The notes under the pieces were generated by a model. That model did no database searches. It worked only from the letters and a program-made list of their open reading frames with translations, and was not told the DNA's origin. The position numbers and the translations under genes were made by a program. From the NCBI GenBank assembly GCA_963701665.1, contig OY969622.1:864001-928000 (forward strand): a DNA stretch of 64,000 bases, written 5' to 3'. This DNA comes from Candidatus Babeliales bacterium (GTDB lineage: Bacteria > Babelota > Babeliae > Babelales > JANWKD01). Within the stretch, counting starts at the first letter, position 1. Each line of letters starts with the position of its first letter. Below, one piece after another: positions 1-10,667 of the stretch.

Positions 1-1932
1 GCTCAATTGTATAAAATCTTTTTCTGTGTACAAGAAATTAAAGGTAGCACAGCTTCCCAAATTTAAACAACGAGCAACATCAAAGGTGGTTAAATCATAC
101 TCTTCAATTAATTTTTTCAATGCAGCATTCTTTTGTGCTTGCGTCAACAGGCGGTCATCTTTTAAGAAGTTAAGATAAATAATGCGAGGCGCTCGACTAT
201 TTTTAGGATCTTTAAATATATGAATCGTCGCATTTGATTGGTCATCAACCCGAACATATTTATAATCGTAAAACCGGCGTGCGTCATCAAAAAGTTTTCT
301 CAGATCGGTCGTTGTATCGGCATTACTGGAAGCATCAAGTATAAACATAACATCAACCTTACGCTCCGGTAACAAGAGCGAACGACCCGGAATATTATAA
401 TCAATACCGCCATCAACTAAGGTTATGAATTCACGTTTTTTTAACCATTCAGGAACTTCACTCATTCCCTTAAATGGATTGTTAACCTGTGCAGGAGAAG
501 CACGCAACGCACCAAAAGAAGTACCCCCCATTACACTTACCAATTCTGCTGATGCGAGATATTTAATTTTTTCAAAAGCGCTTTGTCGCTTTTCTTGCTC
601 AGCGATCTCTTTAAAGAATATGGTATTTATATCTTTCAAATTCACCGCATATGCTGAACCAAAAATTCCCATCAAAAAGCCTAAACTTTGTTCAGGCGCT
701 ACTTCTTTTGCCACACCGTCTTCAAAAATGCTATTAAATGAGTATGCGGGAATAGCCAGATTTAACTCTAGATTACGCACATCAACAGGATTAAACTCAT
801 ACCAATTATAAAGATATTGGTTATTTTCTTGTTTATGCATAGACACTGCCGTATAGATAGGAAACGGTTTTGATCCATCTTGAATCATAGACCATTGTGC
901 AGATAAGTGTTGCTTTTGTCTTTGATCACCAAAATCTGCCAATAATGTTCTTGCTAATAAAGAACCATAAAGATCTATTGAACCAATCGGCTGATCAAAA
1001 AGGAACTTTGGCCACATAATATCATTAACCAATAACTTTATATCTGATTGTATGACTGCTCCTATATTTTTAAGATCGAGTTTATTGGCACGTAACTTGC
1101 CTAATAAGTTTTCTTTATAGTCTGCTACGGACAATTGCAATAACGTCCAAGGAACTAAAAACCAGGTCGAACCGGAAAGTGTTGCAGCATACATTGTTGC
1201 ATCTAATAACCCTGTATCAGACATCCCTTTAAAAAAACCAAGCGATGCAATCATTGCACGGTAGCCACCACCGCTACACGCAACACCTATAGTGATCGGT
1301 TTCTCTAATTGATTGTTAAAGAATTGCGCAAGTCCTCTTTTGACAAATGGCATGCGACGTGATCGGTATACTTCTTCATTATAGGAGAGGTTCGTATCTT
1401 TTTTTGCTTGTGCTTTATAGGCAGCAAGTGGGTTGCGAGATTTAACTTGTTCTTTAAAACTAGGAATCGCGTACTTATTCCAAATACTAAGCAATCCATT
1501 TGCAACGTTAGCAACCGTTAATTCTTTAGTAATCAATGCCAATCGATTATCAACTGCTGTTTTTAAGCGCGTATAATCCTCTGGCGCCATAGCTTTCTGC
1601 GCCTCAGCTAAAATATTAATTTCTTCTTTTTTTAATTCTTCAACGAGTTCTTTGATTTTTTTAAGGGCCCCTGCGTCAGGATTTTTTGACATTAAAGCAG
1701 TTTGAGCTGCTATTTTGCGTTGGGTTTCAGAGAGTTTCAATTTGAATGTATTAAATTTCGCAGGATCTTTGAACGGCACGCCATTAAATTGTTGTATAAG
1801 ACTTTCTACGGCAAGATTAAGCATTAAGTTATTTTCATTAACACCTTGAGAAAGCCATTCCCATGGTGCTGCATATATCATGAAAACAACGGAACTGACC
1901 AGAAACCCTGATACGAGCACCTTCTTATTCAT
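1..1932 (-). CDS. Secreted cPLA2/lysophospholipase (PLA2c / phospholipase B catalytic domain) protein, 3' end beyond window start
   Basis: Not in ORF track because it has no stop in the window. Manual translation from ATG at 1932 gives MNKKVLVSGFLVSSVVFMIYA (signal-like), then IGVACSGGGYRAMIASLGFFKGMSDTGLLDATMYAATLSGSTW (~1160-1290) and, in the same frame, ITLVDGGIDYNIPGRSLLLPERKVDVMFILDAS (~330-426). Confidence 0.85.
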   Translation of the reverse strand, partial: MNKKVLVSGFLVSSVVFMIYAAPWEWLSQGVNENNLMLNLAVESLIQQFNGVPFKDPAKFNTFKLKLSETQRKIAAQTALMSKNPDAGALKKIKELVEELKKEEINILAEAQKAMAPEDYTRLKTAVDNRLALITKELTVANVANGLLSIWNKYAIPSFKEQVKSRNPLAAYKAQAKKDTNLSYNEEVYRSRRMPFVKRGLAQFFNNQLEKPITIGVACSGGGYRAMIASLGFFKGMSDTGLLDATMYAATLSGSTWFLVPWTLLQLSVADYKENLLGKLRANKLDLKNIGAVIQSDIKLLVNDIMWPKFLFDQPIGSIDLYGSLLARTLLADFGDQRQKQHLSAQWSMIQDGSKPFPIYTAVSMHKQENNQYLYNWYEFNPVDVRNLELNLAIPAYSFNSIFEDGVAKEVAPEQSLGFLMGIFGSAYAVNLKDINTIFFKEIAEQEKRQSAFEKIKYLASAELVSVMGGTSFGALRASPAQVNNPFKGMSEVPEWLKKREFITLVDGGIDYNIPGRSLLLPERKVDVMFILDASSNADTTTDLRKLFDDARRFYDYKYVRVDDQSNATIHIFKDPKNSRAPRIIYLNFLKDDRLLTQAQKNAALKKLIEEYDLTTFDVARCLNLGSCATFNFLYTEKDFIQLS

Positions 1933-2063
1933 AGAAACCCTTCATTAAACTCTACCCTTGAACATCTAAGAATAATTATAATGATTTATATTTCAGATGG
2001 TCAATAAATTGATTATAAAATATAGAATTTCCTCTGCGCAGAAAAGAAATTATAAACCAAAAT

Positions 2064-2214
2064 GTCATTGCGACCCTACTTCGCTAAGAGCTTCGAAGGG
2101 GTAGGCAACTTGTTCTACGAAGTTTTAACGAAGTAGAACCCAGATAATAAAATTAATTCCTTAAGGATTTATTAAAGTTCTGGTTCCCCGCGGCACTTCG
2201 TGCCTCGGGATGAC
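2064..2214. repeat. Palindromic intergenic repeat (GTCATTGCGA...TCGGGATGAC), REP/RPE-like, with nested hairpins
   Basis: Terminal GTCAT/ATGAC inverted repeats. Its reverse complement aligns by eye with 40512-40617 and its right half with 27966-28013. Confidence 0.75.
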
Positions 2215-2225
2215 AGTTGGGAAGC

Positions 2226-3737
2226 TTAATGCTCTTTTTTCTTGAGCGTAGGGAAAAGAATGACATCTTTAATGGATGTTGTGTTAGTAACGATCATAGC
2301 AAGACGATCAATACCAATACCAACGCCAACGGTAGGCGGCAGTCCATATTCGAGCGCTAAAATATAATCGGCATCATAGTGATGTGCTTCTGTATCGCCC
2401 GCTTTATGCGCTTTTACTTGCTCATGAAAACGTTCTGCTTGATCAAAAGGATCATTCAGCTCATTAAATCCATTAGCAAGTTCCATGCAGCCAATAAAAA
2501 GTTCAAAGCGCGCTGCGATATTCGGATTGTTAGAATCTCGCTTTGAAAGTGGTGAAATTTCAATAGGATAGCCGATAATGAAGGTTGGTTGAATCAACTT
2601 TGGTTCAACAAAACGTTCAAATAAGGCAAAAATTTGTTGCGCTGCGCCTGCTTGTTTATTTTCAAGCGTAATATCATGCTTTTTCAACAATGAGGGAAGA
2701 TTTTTTTCTTGCAGGTCTTGTTCAGAAAAACCGCCAACTTCTATAACTGCTTGCTTGATAGTCATTTTTTTGAATGATTTTGCAAAATCAAGAACATGAT
2801 CACCGAAAGGAACCTGCAAATTCCCCGCGCTTTCACGCACAATGGTACGCAGTAGCTCTTCAACAAAAACCATGATGTATTCATAGTCTTTATTTGCCGT
2901 ATAAAACTCGAGCATCGTAAATTCTGGGTTATGGCGCGTTGAAATGCCCTCGTTTCTGAAGTTTCGGTTAATTTCATACACGCGTTCAATACCGCCAACA
3001 ACTAAACGTTTTAGGTACAATTCTGGCGCAATACGCATATATAAATCTTGGTGCAAGGCATTATGATGGGTAATAAATGGTTTTGCTGCTGCACCGCCTG
3101 GAATTGGATGCAACATCGGCGTTTCAACTTCAACATACCCGTGACCGTTAAGATATTCACGGATCGATTGTACTATTTTACTACGTTTAAGGAATTTTTC
3201 TTTACTTTCTGCATTGGTAATTAAATCTAAATACCGTTGCCGATATTTTATTTCTATATCAGTTAAGCCATGAAATTTTTCTGGCAAAGGATATAAACAT
3301 TTACTCAACAGTTCAAAATCATCAACGTGCAAAGAGATTTCGCCCATTTTGGTTCTAAAAGAATAGCCTTTGAACCAGACAATATCGCCGATATCAACAA
3401 AATGCTCGAGAAGATTGAATTTTTCATCACCAACAATGTCTTTTCTGATGTAAACTTGAACTCTACCACTTTCATCCTGTACATGGGCAAAAGCTGTTTT
3501 TCCATGCAAGCGGATGGTCATGAGGCGACCTGCAATCTCGTATTTTTTTTGCTGTGTTTCATCAAATTGTGCAACAACATCAGCACAACGAGCGGTTACT
3601 TCTTTTGCGGCAGGCCAAGGATTAATATCCTTTTTGCGTAATGCTATAACTTTTTCAATGCGGATTCGGTGCTCTTCAGAGTCATGGGCATCATCAACAA
3701 GATTCAGTAATTCTTCAACAGTGGCATTTTTATTCAT
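2226..3737 (-). CDS. lysS: Lysine--tRNA ligase (class II)
   Basis: YRQRYLDL, GGAAAKPFITHHN, RIAPELYLKRL, FRNEGISTRHNPEFT, GIGIDRL motifs. Confidence 0.98.
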   Translation of the reverse strand: MNKNATVEELLNLVDDAHDSEEHRIRIEKVIALRKKDINPWPAAKEVTARCADVVAQFDETQQKKYEIAGRLMTIRLHGKTAFAHVQDESGRVQVYIRKDIVGDEKFNLLEHFVDIGDIVWFKGYSFRTKMGEISLHVDDFELLSKCLYPLPEKFHGLTDIEIKYRQRYLDLITNAESKEKFLKRSKIVQSIREYLNGHGYVEVETPMLHPIPGGAAAKPFITHHNALHQDLYMRIAPELYLKRLVVGGIERVYEINRNFRNEGISTRHNPEFTMLEFYTANKDYEYIMVFVEELLRTIVRESAGNLQVPFGDHVLDFAKSFKKMTIKQAVIEVGGFSEQDLQEKNLPSLLKKHDITLENKQAGAAQQIFALFERFVEPKLIQPTFIIGYPIEISPLSKRDSNNPNIAARFELFIGCMELANGFNELNDPFDQAERFHEQVKAHKAGDTEAHHYDADYILALEYGLPPTVGVGIGIDRLAMIVTNTTSIKDVILFPTLKKKEH

Positions 3738-3955
3738 ATAACAGCTTCTTTAAAATTTTCTTTAGACGATCAGTAATAAGTATGGCGCTAGAATAGGTTT
3801 TTGACAAGAAAACTCAAGTATCCTGCACATGCTATTCTAGATCATCCTGAGGCATATCACCTCTACCATGATGGTAAACATTTACAAGAGTTCATGTAAT
3901 GTATTAGTTTAAAAACGTTATGGCATGATTCCTAGTCTTATACCAAAAAGAATCG

Positions 3956-4804
3956 ATGAAAAACAGCAGCTTTTTTTTATATTTTTTATTTTTTATTCAG
4001 TATTCCAGCTTTGCGTTTATCATCAATCCTCCTACAAAATCAACCAACCTTACGCCTTCAAACACGGTATTTATGTTTGATGTCGATGGCATACTCATCA
4101 AGCGAGGGTTTTGGGAAAATTGGCAGGAATATTGGCATATCATACGAGATTGTAATTTTTTTGATGTGTTTAAATTTTTAGGGTGGCACCTTTTACATTT
4201 ACCTTCATTAGCCAACAACCTCTATAATCGTGATATTGATCTCTATCTTGATGAGCTCGCTCAAGAGTGGCCATTCTTACAACAAGAAACTGCGCAAGGC
4301 ACTATACTCGCAAGAATTAAGCGTGCAATTACCGCGTCTAAGCCTCTAACGCGCATGCAAGAAATTTTACTCAATTTGCATGATCAAGGATATCCAGTTG
4401 CGCTTACAACTAATCAATCTTTTAGCACCCTGAAAAGAATTATAGATGTTGGCAATCTACCCGATTACTCCTATTATACCCTCATTTTTACTTCGGATCG
4501 CTGTAAACCTGATAGCCCTTTGCTAACAAGAAAACCTCATAAAGAATATTACCAATGCTTTAAGAAAATTCTGGCGCAACAAACCGGTCTCACCCCTTTC
4601 CATTACATTTTTATTGATGATACGTATAAAAATGTCGTCAATTCTGCAAAAGAGGGAATAATTAGCATTCATGTAAACAATTATGAACGTGATCCTGCTC
4701 AAAAGCTGATTGATGATTTGGCACAACTTGGCATTTTTATGCGCAAATCTCATGCAAAAGAAAAAGGCAGAGAAAAATTCCCTGCCTTAAATAAATTTTG
4801 TTAA
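3956..4804 (+). CDS. HAD-superfamily hydrolase with N-terminal signal peptide
   Basis: FDVDG motif I, LTTN motif II, RKP motif III, FIDD motif IV; hydrophobic N-terminus. Confidence 0.75.
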   Translation: MKNSSFFLYFLFFIQYSSFAFIINPPTKSTNLTPSNTVFMFDVDGILIKRGFWENWQEYWHIIRDCNFFDVFKFLGWHLLHLPSLANNLYNRDIDLYLDELAQEWPFLQQETAQGTILARIKRAITASKPLTRMQEILLNLHDQGYPVALTTNQSFSTLKRIIDVGNLPDYSYYTLIFTSDRCKPDSPLLTRKPHKEYYQCFKKILAQQTGLTPFHYIFIDDTYKNVVNSAKEGIISIHVNNYERDPAQKLIDDLAQLGIFMRKSHAKEKGREKFPALNKFC

Positions 4805-4820
4805 AAGCTCAAAAAATTTT

Positions 4821-5684
4821 TTATTTTTTTGAAATTAATGGTGTTTCTTTTGAATCTGTCAAATTTTTGTGATACTCACATAACTTATTATCTTTTTCTA
4901 AATCTTGAGCGATCGTTTTTAGCTCATTAGCACTTAAATAGCCATTATTTTTTAAAGGACTATTCTCTACTTCAAAAGTTATGCGTCTTTGCTCGGCAGC
5001 TTCATCAACACACCGAGAACATTGCGCCGCATAATGACCTTCAATATCCGCACGGCGTTCCATAAAATGGTGGTATTGGCTGCTTGTTAATGAAACTCCC
5101 GTTATTCCTGCTGCTAGTACACCAAGAACATGAACTACTTTAAACTTACCCTTGGGCTTAATTGCTTTAATCAACGCATGGGCACCATATGAGGAAGCTA
5201 ATAATGCGCATAATTCAAAAAAAGTATCACTTGCAAAATCGTGATACTTAATATGCACCGCTTCGTGTAATAAACCACAGCGCTGGGCACCATAAGTGCG
5301 TTTGCTTAATTTCTCTTCATTAACATAGATTGCATCAGATTCTGCATATGCTGCTCCACCTATAGTTGCATAGAGGCTTGACGGATTTACTTTCTTGACG
5401 GGCAACATGCGATCGTCCTGAACACCAACTTCAATCTGAGCTTTTCTACCAAGCTCTTGAAAATTATACGAAGCCGCCTCCTCGCCAATAGGTATAATTT
5501 TATGGAGGCGATTAGCCATTGGCTGCGTTACACAGCTATTAAAAGCATGCATCAATTTCGATTCAGAAATATACCCAAGAGTTTTATTGAATAGTGATTT
5601 TTTAGGTAACACCTCATGGGCATGTAGGTTTACACCCAACGTAGCAATGAGAGAAAACAAAAAAATTTGCTTTTTAAATTTCAT
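4821..5684 (-). CDS. Zinc metallopeptidase, M48/M56-like, secreted or membrane-bound
   Basis: LLHEAVH (HExxH), two hydrophobic helices, then ERRAD third-ligand motif; signal peptide. Confidence 0.65.
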   Translation of the reverse strand: MKFKKQIFLFSLIATLGVNLHAHEVLPKKSLFNKTLGYISESKLMHAFNSCVTQPMANRLHKIIPIGEEAASYNFQELGRKAQIEVGVQDDRMLPVKKVNPSSLYATIGGAAYAESDAIYVNEEKLSKRTYGAQRCGLLHEAVHIKYHDFASDTFFELCALLASSYGAHALIKAIKPKGKFKVVHVLGVLAAGITGVSLTSSQYHHFMERRADIEGHYAAQCSRCVDEAAEQRRITFEVENSPLKNNGYLSANELKTIAQDLEKDNKLCEYHKNLTDSKETPLISKK

Positions 5685-5811
5685 GAAGTTGTTCCTTTCA
5701 CTTTATTTAAACGATATCCTATAGAAAAGCTTAACCAATTTATTAGTTTTCTCAACAAAATAATTTATTTTGTTTTTAATTTCTATAAGAATTTATTTAA
5801 TCACATAAAAA

Positions 5812-5834
5812 AGGCAAAGATTTCTCTTTGCCTT
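5812..5834. terminator. Probable intrinsic terminator hairpin
   Basis: aggcaaaga-tttc-tctttgcct inverted repeat next to an A-run (U-tail on minus strand), downstream of the small ORF at 5876-6013. Confidence 0.55.
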
Positions 5835-5875
5835 CGTTGAATTAATGCTCAAAAAATGTTTATTTTTTGAATATA

Positions 5876-6013
5876 TTAATGCTTACATTTACCATTACAT
5901 TGATGTTGGCCCTGCTGATTATTGTTTGGTTGTTGTTGAGTTTGTGCAACAACAGAAGAAACAATAAGAGACATGCCTAACAATGTAACAAAAAATAACT
6001 TTTGGATTTTCAT
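5876..6013 (-). CDS. Small secreted Gln/Asn-rich peptide (45 aa)
   Basis: Manual translation MKIQKLFFVTLLGMSLIVSSVVAQTQQQPNNNQQGQHQCNGKCKH*; AAGGA RBS upstream; hairpin downstream. Confidence 0.65.
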   Translation of the reverse strand: MKIQKLFFVTLLGMSLIVSSVVAQTQQQPNNNQQGQHQCNGKCKH

Positions 6014-6105
6014 GAAAATTCCTTCCATTCAATGTGTTGAAACTGTTGTAATAACCATCACATAGTTTAGAGATTTTTTTCTTTTTCTCAACCGGTACAA
6101 ATTTC

Positions 6106-6714
6106 TTACAATGCCGTGCGATAATTTTCTTCAACTTGATCCCAATTGACAACATGCCACCACGCTGAAATATAATCCCCTCGCCTATTTTGATAATGCA
6201 AATAATACGCGTGTTCCCATACATCAAGCCCTAAAATTGGTATCATGCCACTCGAAAATGGATTATCTTGATTTGCTGTTGAGGTTATTATCAGATCCCC
6301 TTTTGTATCGAGGCATAGCCATGCCCATCCACTGCCAAAGCGTGTTTTTGCTGCTTTAGAAAATTCTTCTTTGAACGGTTCAGATCCTCCAAATTTTTTA
6401 TGAATTGCTTCCGCAGACTTGCCTTTTGGTTCACCACCACCATTTTTCTTCATCATCTTCCAAAACATTGCGTGGTTTAATTCTCCACCGCCAGAATTGC
6501 GTATTCCGGTACGCGCGCCTTCGGGCAATGAATTTAAATTGCGCAAAAGCTCAACTAATGGTGTAGCTTGCAATTCAGGATAATCTTCCAGCGTTTTATT
6601 AAGCCCATCAATATACGCTTGTTGATGCATGTCATGATGAAGTTCCATAGTACGTGTATCAATATATGGTTCTAACGCATCATAGGAATAAGGAAGTGCC
6701 GATAATTTATACAT
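6106..6714 (-). CDS. sodA: Fe/Mn superoxide dismutase
   Basis: LPYSYDALEP, HHDMHQQAY, FGSGWAWL, DVWEHAYY. Confidence 0.95.
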   Translation of the reverse strand: MYKLSALPYSYDALEPYIDTRTMELHHDMHQQAYIDGLNKTLEDYPELQATPLVELLRNLNSLPEGARTGIRNSGGGELNHAMFWKMMKKNGGGEPKGKSAEAIHKKFGGSEPFKEEFSKAAKTRFGSGWAWLCLDTKGDLIITSTANQDNPFSSGMIPILGLDVWEHAYYLHYQNRRGDYISAWWHVVNWDQVEENYRTAL

Positions 6715-6729
6715 TCGATGTTTCCTTTT

Positions 6730-7011
6730 TTAGGAAGTAAAATAGACAATATCATCTTTATATGCCATATGCAGTTTTTCTCGTGCCAGTTGTTCATAAT
6801 AAAATTCCGCGTATGATTGCCACAATATTTCTTCTTCATGGAGCTTTTCAAGGTCTTGTTTGAGCGTCGCAATATCAACTTGTAAATCACCATTTTCTTT
6901 TTTGAGCGCTCGATAGGTATGAATGCCATGCGAACCAAAAATAAAAATTGCTAGCACTATCATAACCTCACCAATACACACTAAGCGAATAGTTTTATGA
7001 AATACTGTCAT
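6730..7011 (-). CDS. Septum formation initiator (FtsB/DivIC family)
   Basis: TM helix, coiled coil, EQLAREKLHM motif. Confidence 0.75.
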   Translation of the reverse strand: MTVFHKTIRLVCIGEVMIVLAIFIFGSHGIHTYRALKKENGDLQVDIATLKQDLEKLHEEEILWQSYAEFYYEQLAREKLHMAYKDDIVYFTS

Positions 7012-7029
7012 CCTATCCCTCTCTCTTTT

Positions 7030-7956
7030 TTATGGTTCTGCTTGAGCATATTGCACGCTATCACGATGGCGCACAATATAATGTACATTCTCCAAGGGTA
7101 ATGCGGCTAACGCTTCAACAAGCGCAACTGAACGATGTCGCCCCCCAGTACAGCCAATTGCAATATTCATAAAAAACCGCCCTTCTGCCGATGCTTTTTT
7201 TATCGAATAATGCACAAAATCAACCAGTTTTGGCCAATACTCGTTCAATTCTGGCTGTGCAAATAAGAAATCTCGAATTTCTTGCGATGTGCCATCAAGC
7301 GGTCGTAGTGATGGAATAAAATACGGGTTTGGTAAAAAACGTACGTCATATACTGAGTTACTTTCATGCGGCACACCATATTTGAACCCAAACGAAATCA
7401 AATTCACAATCAATTGAGGCTGCGCGCTTTGTGCAAATGAATTACGCACAAACCTGCGCAGTTGATGAATCGTTAGTTGATCGGTTGCTAACACTAAATC
7501 TGATAATTCCATAAGGGGTTTGAGCAACTGTTGTTCATACGCGATCGCCTCAGAAAGAGAACGCGTGTGTGCAAGAGGATGATTTCTGCGCGTTTCTTGA
7601 AAACGTTTCATCAAAACTTCTGGGCTCGATGTTAAAAAAAATATTTTCATGGGATACGTACGCAGTGCGTTTCCTTTATTTAATTCATCAACTAAATCGT
7701 GCATATTTTGGCCGCTGCGCACATCAATGCCAAGCGCAACTTTTTGGCCAATCATGGTCGATTGAGAAACTAATTGAAAGAAAGAATGTAATAAAGGAAT
7801 TGGTAAGTTATCAACACAAAAAAAACCGATATCTTCAAGCGCACGCAGTACGGTACTTTTACCTGCACCTGAATAACCAGTAACCATCAACAACTGTGAT
7901 TGATTATCCGCGCTTAAGTACATTGATGATGAAGCATCGTGGCATTTTTCTATCAT
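7030..7956 (-). CDS. rapZ: RNase adapter RapZ/YvcJ P-loop protein (start uncertain; ORF track extends to 8103)
   Basis: TGYSGAGKS, LEDIGFFCVDNLP, SFGFKYG, DVRFLPNPY, IGCTGGRHRSV. Confidence 0.93.
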   Translation of the reverse strand: MIEKCHDASSSMYLSADNQSQLLMVTGYSGAGKSTVLRALEDIGFFCVDNLPIPLLHSFFQLVSQSTMIGQKVALGIDVRSGQNMHDLVDELNKGNALRTYPMKIFFLTSSPEVLMKRFQETRRNHPLAHTRSLSEAIAYEQQLLKPLMELSDLVLATDQLTIHQLRRFVRNSFAQSAQPQLIVNLISFGFKYGVPHESNSVYDVRFLPNPYFIPSLRPLDGTSQEIRDFLFAQPELNEYWPKLVDFVHYSIKKASAEGRFFMNIAIGCTGGRHRSVALVEALAALPLENVHYIVRHRDSVQYAQAEP

Positions 7957-8148
7957 TCTCATCTTCTTTGCATGAAAAAAAGCGTACTTTATTTGATTTT
8001 TACCATGTTTTGTGATTTTAATGCAAGGCTTACGCTTGCGTAATTTTAGATTTCTGAGTATGTATGATGAGTATAATCGCAAAAAAATAACATGACTACT
8101 CAAAAGGCGTGTTCATAAGGATTTTATAGCGTAAAAAAAGGAAAGCTC

Positions 8149-9621
8149 ATGAAATGCTCCGCGTATATTGTCCCCTTTATTATCCTCATGCTTATGTTTT
8201 CATATTTTGATAACGGAGTTTATGCCGTAGAAGAAGCACCAGATTTTGAAACGTGCGCTTATCGAGGCTGCAAAACCATTGCAGAATCATTTCACCTCAT
8301 TCAGCATAAATATTTTGAAAAAGTAAATCCTGAAAAAGCGATCGTTAATTCCCTCGATACCCTTTTTCAAACACTCGATCCGCATTCAAAATTTATGGAT
8401 CAAAAACAATTTAAAGAAATTTTAGAGTCAACCCAAGGTGAATTTTGTGGTATTGGTATCATTGTTGATAATACTAAAAAAGATAAAGATGAATTCCTTA
8501 AAATTGTTGATACCATTCCAGCCGGCCCATCTGATAAAGCTGGATTACGCCCTGGCGATACGATCGTTCAAATTAATGATGACACCGTAAAAGATATGTC
8601 AGTGGAAGAGATTATTGCTAAATTGAAAGGCAAACGTAATACGACCGTCAATCTGCGCGTGCAACGCACAGGAAATCGCGAATTGCTTTCTTTTACCATT
8701 ACGCGTGATATCGTCAAAGAACAAAACGCATTGTGCTACCATTTTAAAGATCACAATATGTATTATCTTGCCCTCAATATGTTTACCGAAAAATCATGTA
8801 AACAGTTAGAGGCCCTCATCAAAAAATGCATATCAACAAAATCAAAAGGGCTCATTCTTGATTTACGTAACAATTCCGGTGGCCTTTTAACCTCCGTTGT
8901 TGATATCTCCGGTCTTTTCATCGAGAAAAACTCAGTTGTTGTCGTAACCAAAGATCGTGAAAAAAATGCCATAAACACATTTTCAACGACACGAAATGAA
9001 CCCATATCCGTTAATGGGCTTCCTATTTTCATTCTTACCAATAATTTTACCGCGTCAGCAGCAGAAATTTTGGCAGGCGTATTGCGTTCCTATTCAGATG
9101 ATTATTCAAAACAAGCTGCCAACAAACAAAAGTTATTAGTATTCATCGCAGGTTCGACAACCTATGGCAAAGGTTCAGTACAAGAAGTTATTCCTGTAAG
9201 CAATGATTGTGCCGTAAAATTAACGACCGCACTATATTATTTACCCCATGATATTTCTATTCAAGGCGTTGGGATTAAGCCTGATTTTCCCATTGAACAA
9301 CGCTTTGCACCAACAGCAGACATGGAATGGTTTACTAACTTTTTTGGCTATGAGCACAATCTCAAAAACTCAATTAAACATGAACGTACGCCTCAATCAA
9401 AAAAAGAAGAGCCAAAAAAGGAAAAAACCTGGCAAGAAAAGAAACAGGATCTTATTGGATCCGATTATGTTATTTTGAGCACCATGCGCCTTATTGAAAT
9501 GCTTGATATGGGCAAAAAAGCATATCCAAATAAATTACAATCTCGCGCGGAATGTATTACGTTTTTGAATCGTACCTACAATGTGCAGGATTCAATAACC
9601 ATGGAAGAAATCAAGTGCTAA
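8149..9621 (+). CDS. ctpA: C-terminal processing protease, S41 family (PDZ)
   Basis: LDPHS, GIGI PDZ, ILDLRNNSGGLL, TASAAEI, TYGKGSVQ. Confidence 0.92.
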   Translation: MKCSAYIVPFIILMLMFSYFDNGVYAVEEAPDFETCAYRGCKTIAESFHLIQHKYFEKVNPEKAIVNSLDTLFQTLDPHSKFMDQKQFKEILESTQGEFCGIGIIVDNTKKDKDEFLKIVDTIPAGPSDKAGLRPGDTIVQINDDTVKDMSVEEIIAKLKGKRNTTVNLRVQRTGNRELLSFTITRDIVKEQNALCYHFKDHNMYYLALNMFTEKSCKQLEALIKKCISTKSKGLILDLRNNSGGLLTSVVDISGLFIEKNSVVVVTKDREKNAINTFSTTRNEPISVNGLPIFILTNNFTASAAEILAGVLRSYSDDYSKQAANKQKLLVFIAGSTTYGKGSVQEVIPVSNDCAVKLTTALYYLPHDISIQGVGIKPDFPIEQRFAPTADMEWFTNFFGYEHNLKNSIKHERTPQSKKEEPKKEKTWQEKKQDLIGSDYVILSTMRLIEMLDMGKKAYPNKLQSRAECITFLNRTYNVQDSITMEEIKC

Positions 9622-9675
9622 TTCTTGCCTTATGTAAGACCACTACGGTAGGCTTACAATAAACAAGGACGGTAT

Positions 9676-10524
9676 ATGATAGTAAAAATATTCAAATATT
9701 TCTTCAGCGTAGCACTTATATGCTCATATTATCTCTGTTATGGCGCACAGATTGGCGAAAGAGTTGAACCTCAAGAACGACTTGAAGTTATTGATGGAAA
9801 AATTGAGGAAAGCAAAAGAAAATCATTAGAAGAAGAACGCGCAATAAAAAAAGCTGAAGATGAACTGAGAAAATACAAGCAGAACTTGAAAGATGCCCAA
9901 TCTCCAGAGCAAAAAAAAAGAGTTGAAGAAAAAATATCCATCGCTCAAAAAACGCGCGACACCGCATCAGAAAATAAAAGCAAAGAAGATACGATAATCA
10001 AAAAGTTAGTTTCAGAAAAAGAAACGGTGCAAGCACTTCAAAAGAGCTTGGTCGCAGAAGCTTCCTCAACAGGGCAAGGACAAGAATCTCTCGTTGAAGA
10101 GCAATATAAACGGTGCATCGAAGAAAAAATAGCTGAATATTTCGAACTTAAAAAAGAACGTACAACTCAATCACAGAAAAAAGTTCTTGAACAATTGGCA
10201 ACGGCAATAAAAAAATTGATTTCATATGAATGGGTTACGTTTGCAAATTCTGATACGTATACACAGCCCATGTGGGAAGCAGTGAGAGAAAAAGCACTCA
10301 AGGCAAAGCCCGGTGACAAAAGTTATGATGCTACCTATAAAAAATTATTGGACGATGTTACCGATTTAAGAACAAGCCTTGAACGACTAACGGGAAAAAA
10401 ATTACTTGCATCACCAGGTAAGATTGGCATTGATTGCTCATTTGGCTATTTTGCAACAAAGACTATCACAAAAAAAATCTTAGAAACAGTAGATATAGAT
10501 GCTGGCTCAGGTTATGATATGTAA
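9676..10524 (+). CDS. Hypothetical secreted coiled-coil protein
   Basis: 282-aa ORF, signal peptide, K/E-rich helical region, AAGGA RBS. Confidence 0.6.
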   Translation: MIVKIFKYFFSVALICSYYLCYGAQIGERVEPQERLEVIDGKIEESKRKSLEEERAIKKAEDELRKYKQNLKDAQSPEQKKRVEEKISIAQKTRDTASENKSKEDTIIKKLVSEKETVQALQKSLVAEASSTGQGQESLVEEQYKRCIEEKIAEYFELKKERTTQSQKKVLEQLATAIKKLISYEWVTFANSDTYTQPMWEAVREKALKAKPGDKSYDATYKKLLDDVTDLRTSLERLTGKKLLASPGKIGIDCSFGYFATKTITKKILETVDIDAGSGYDM

Positions 10525-10667
10525 AATACTTAGACATATTTTCTATTTGTAATCAAAAGCACAATACCCTTTTGACAGAATCCCCCAAAAAAGGTAATCT
10601 TTTTGATGTATAGTATTAAAATTACTGAGTAATTCAGCTAATTTTTTCTTTGCGAAAGTGTCTGTGT

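Noticed and set aside
425..1514. ORF-track entries 425..811 (+) and 1305..1514 (-)
   Set aside because: Shadow frames of the long minus-strand phospholipase gene
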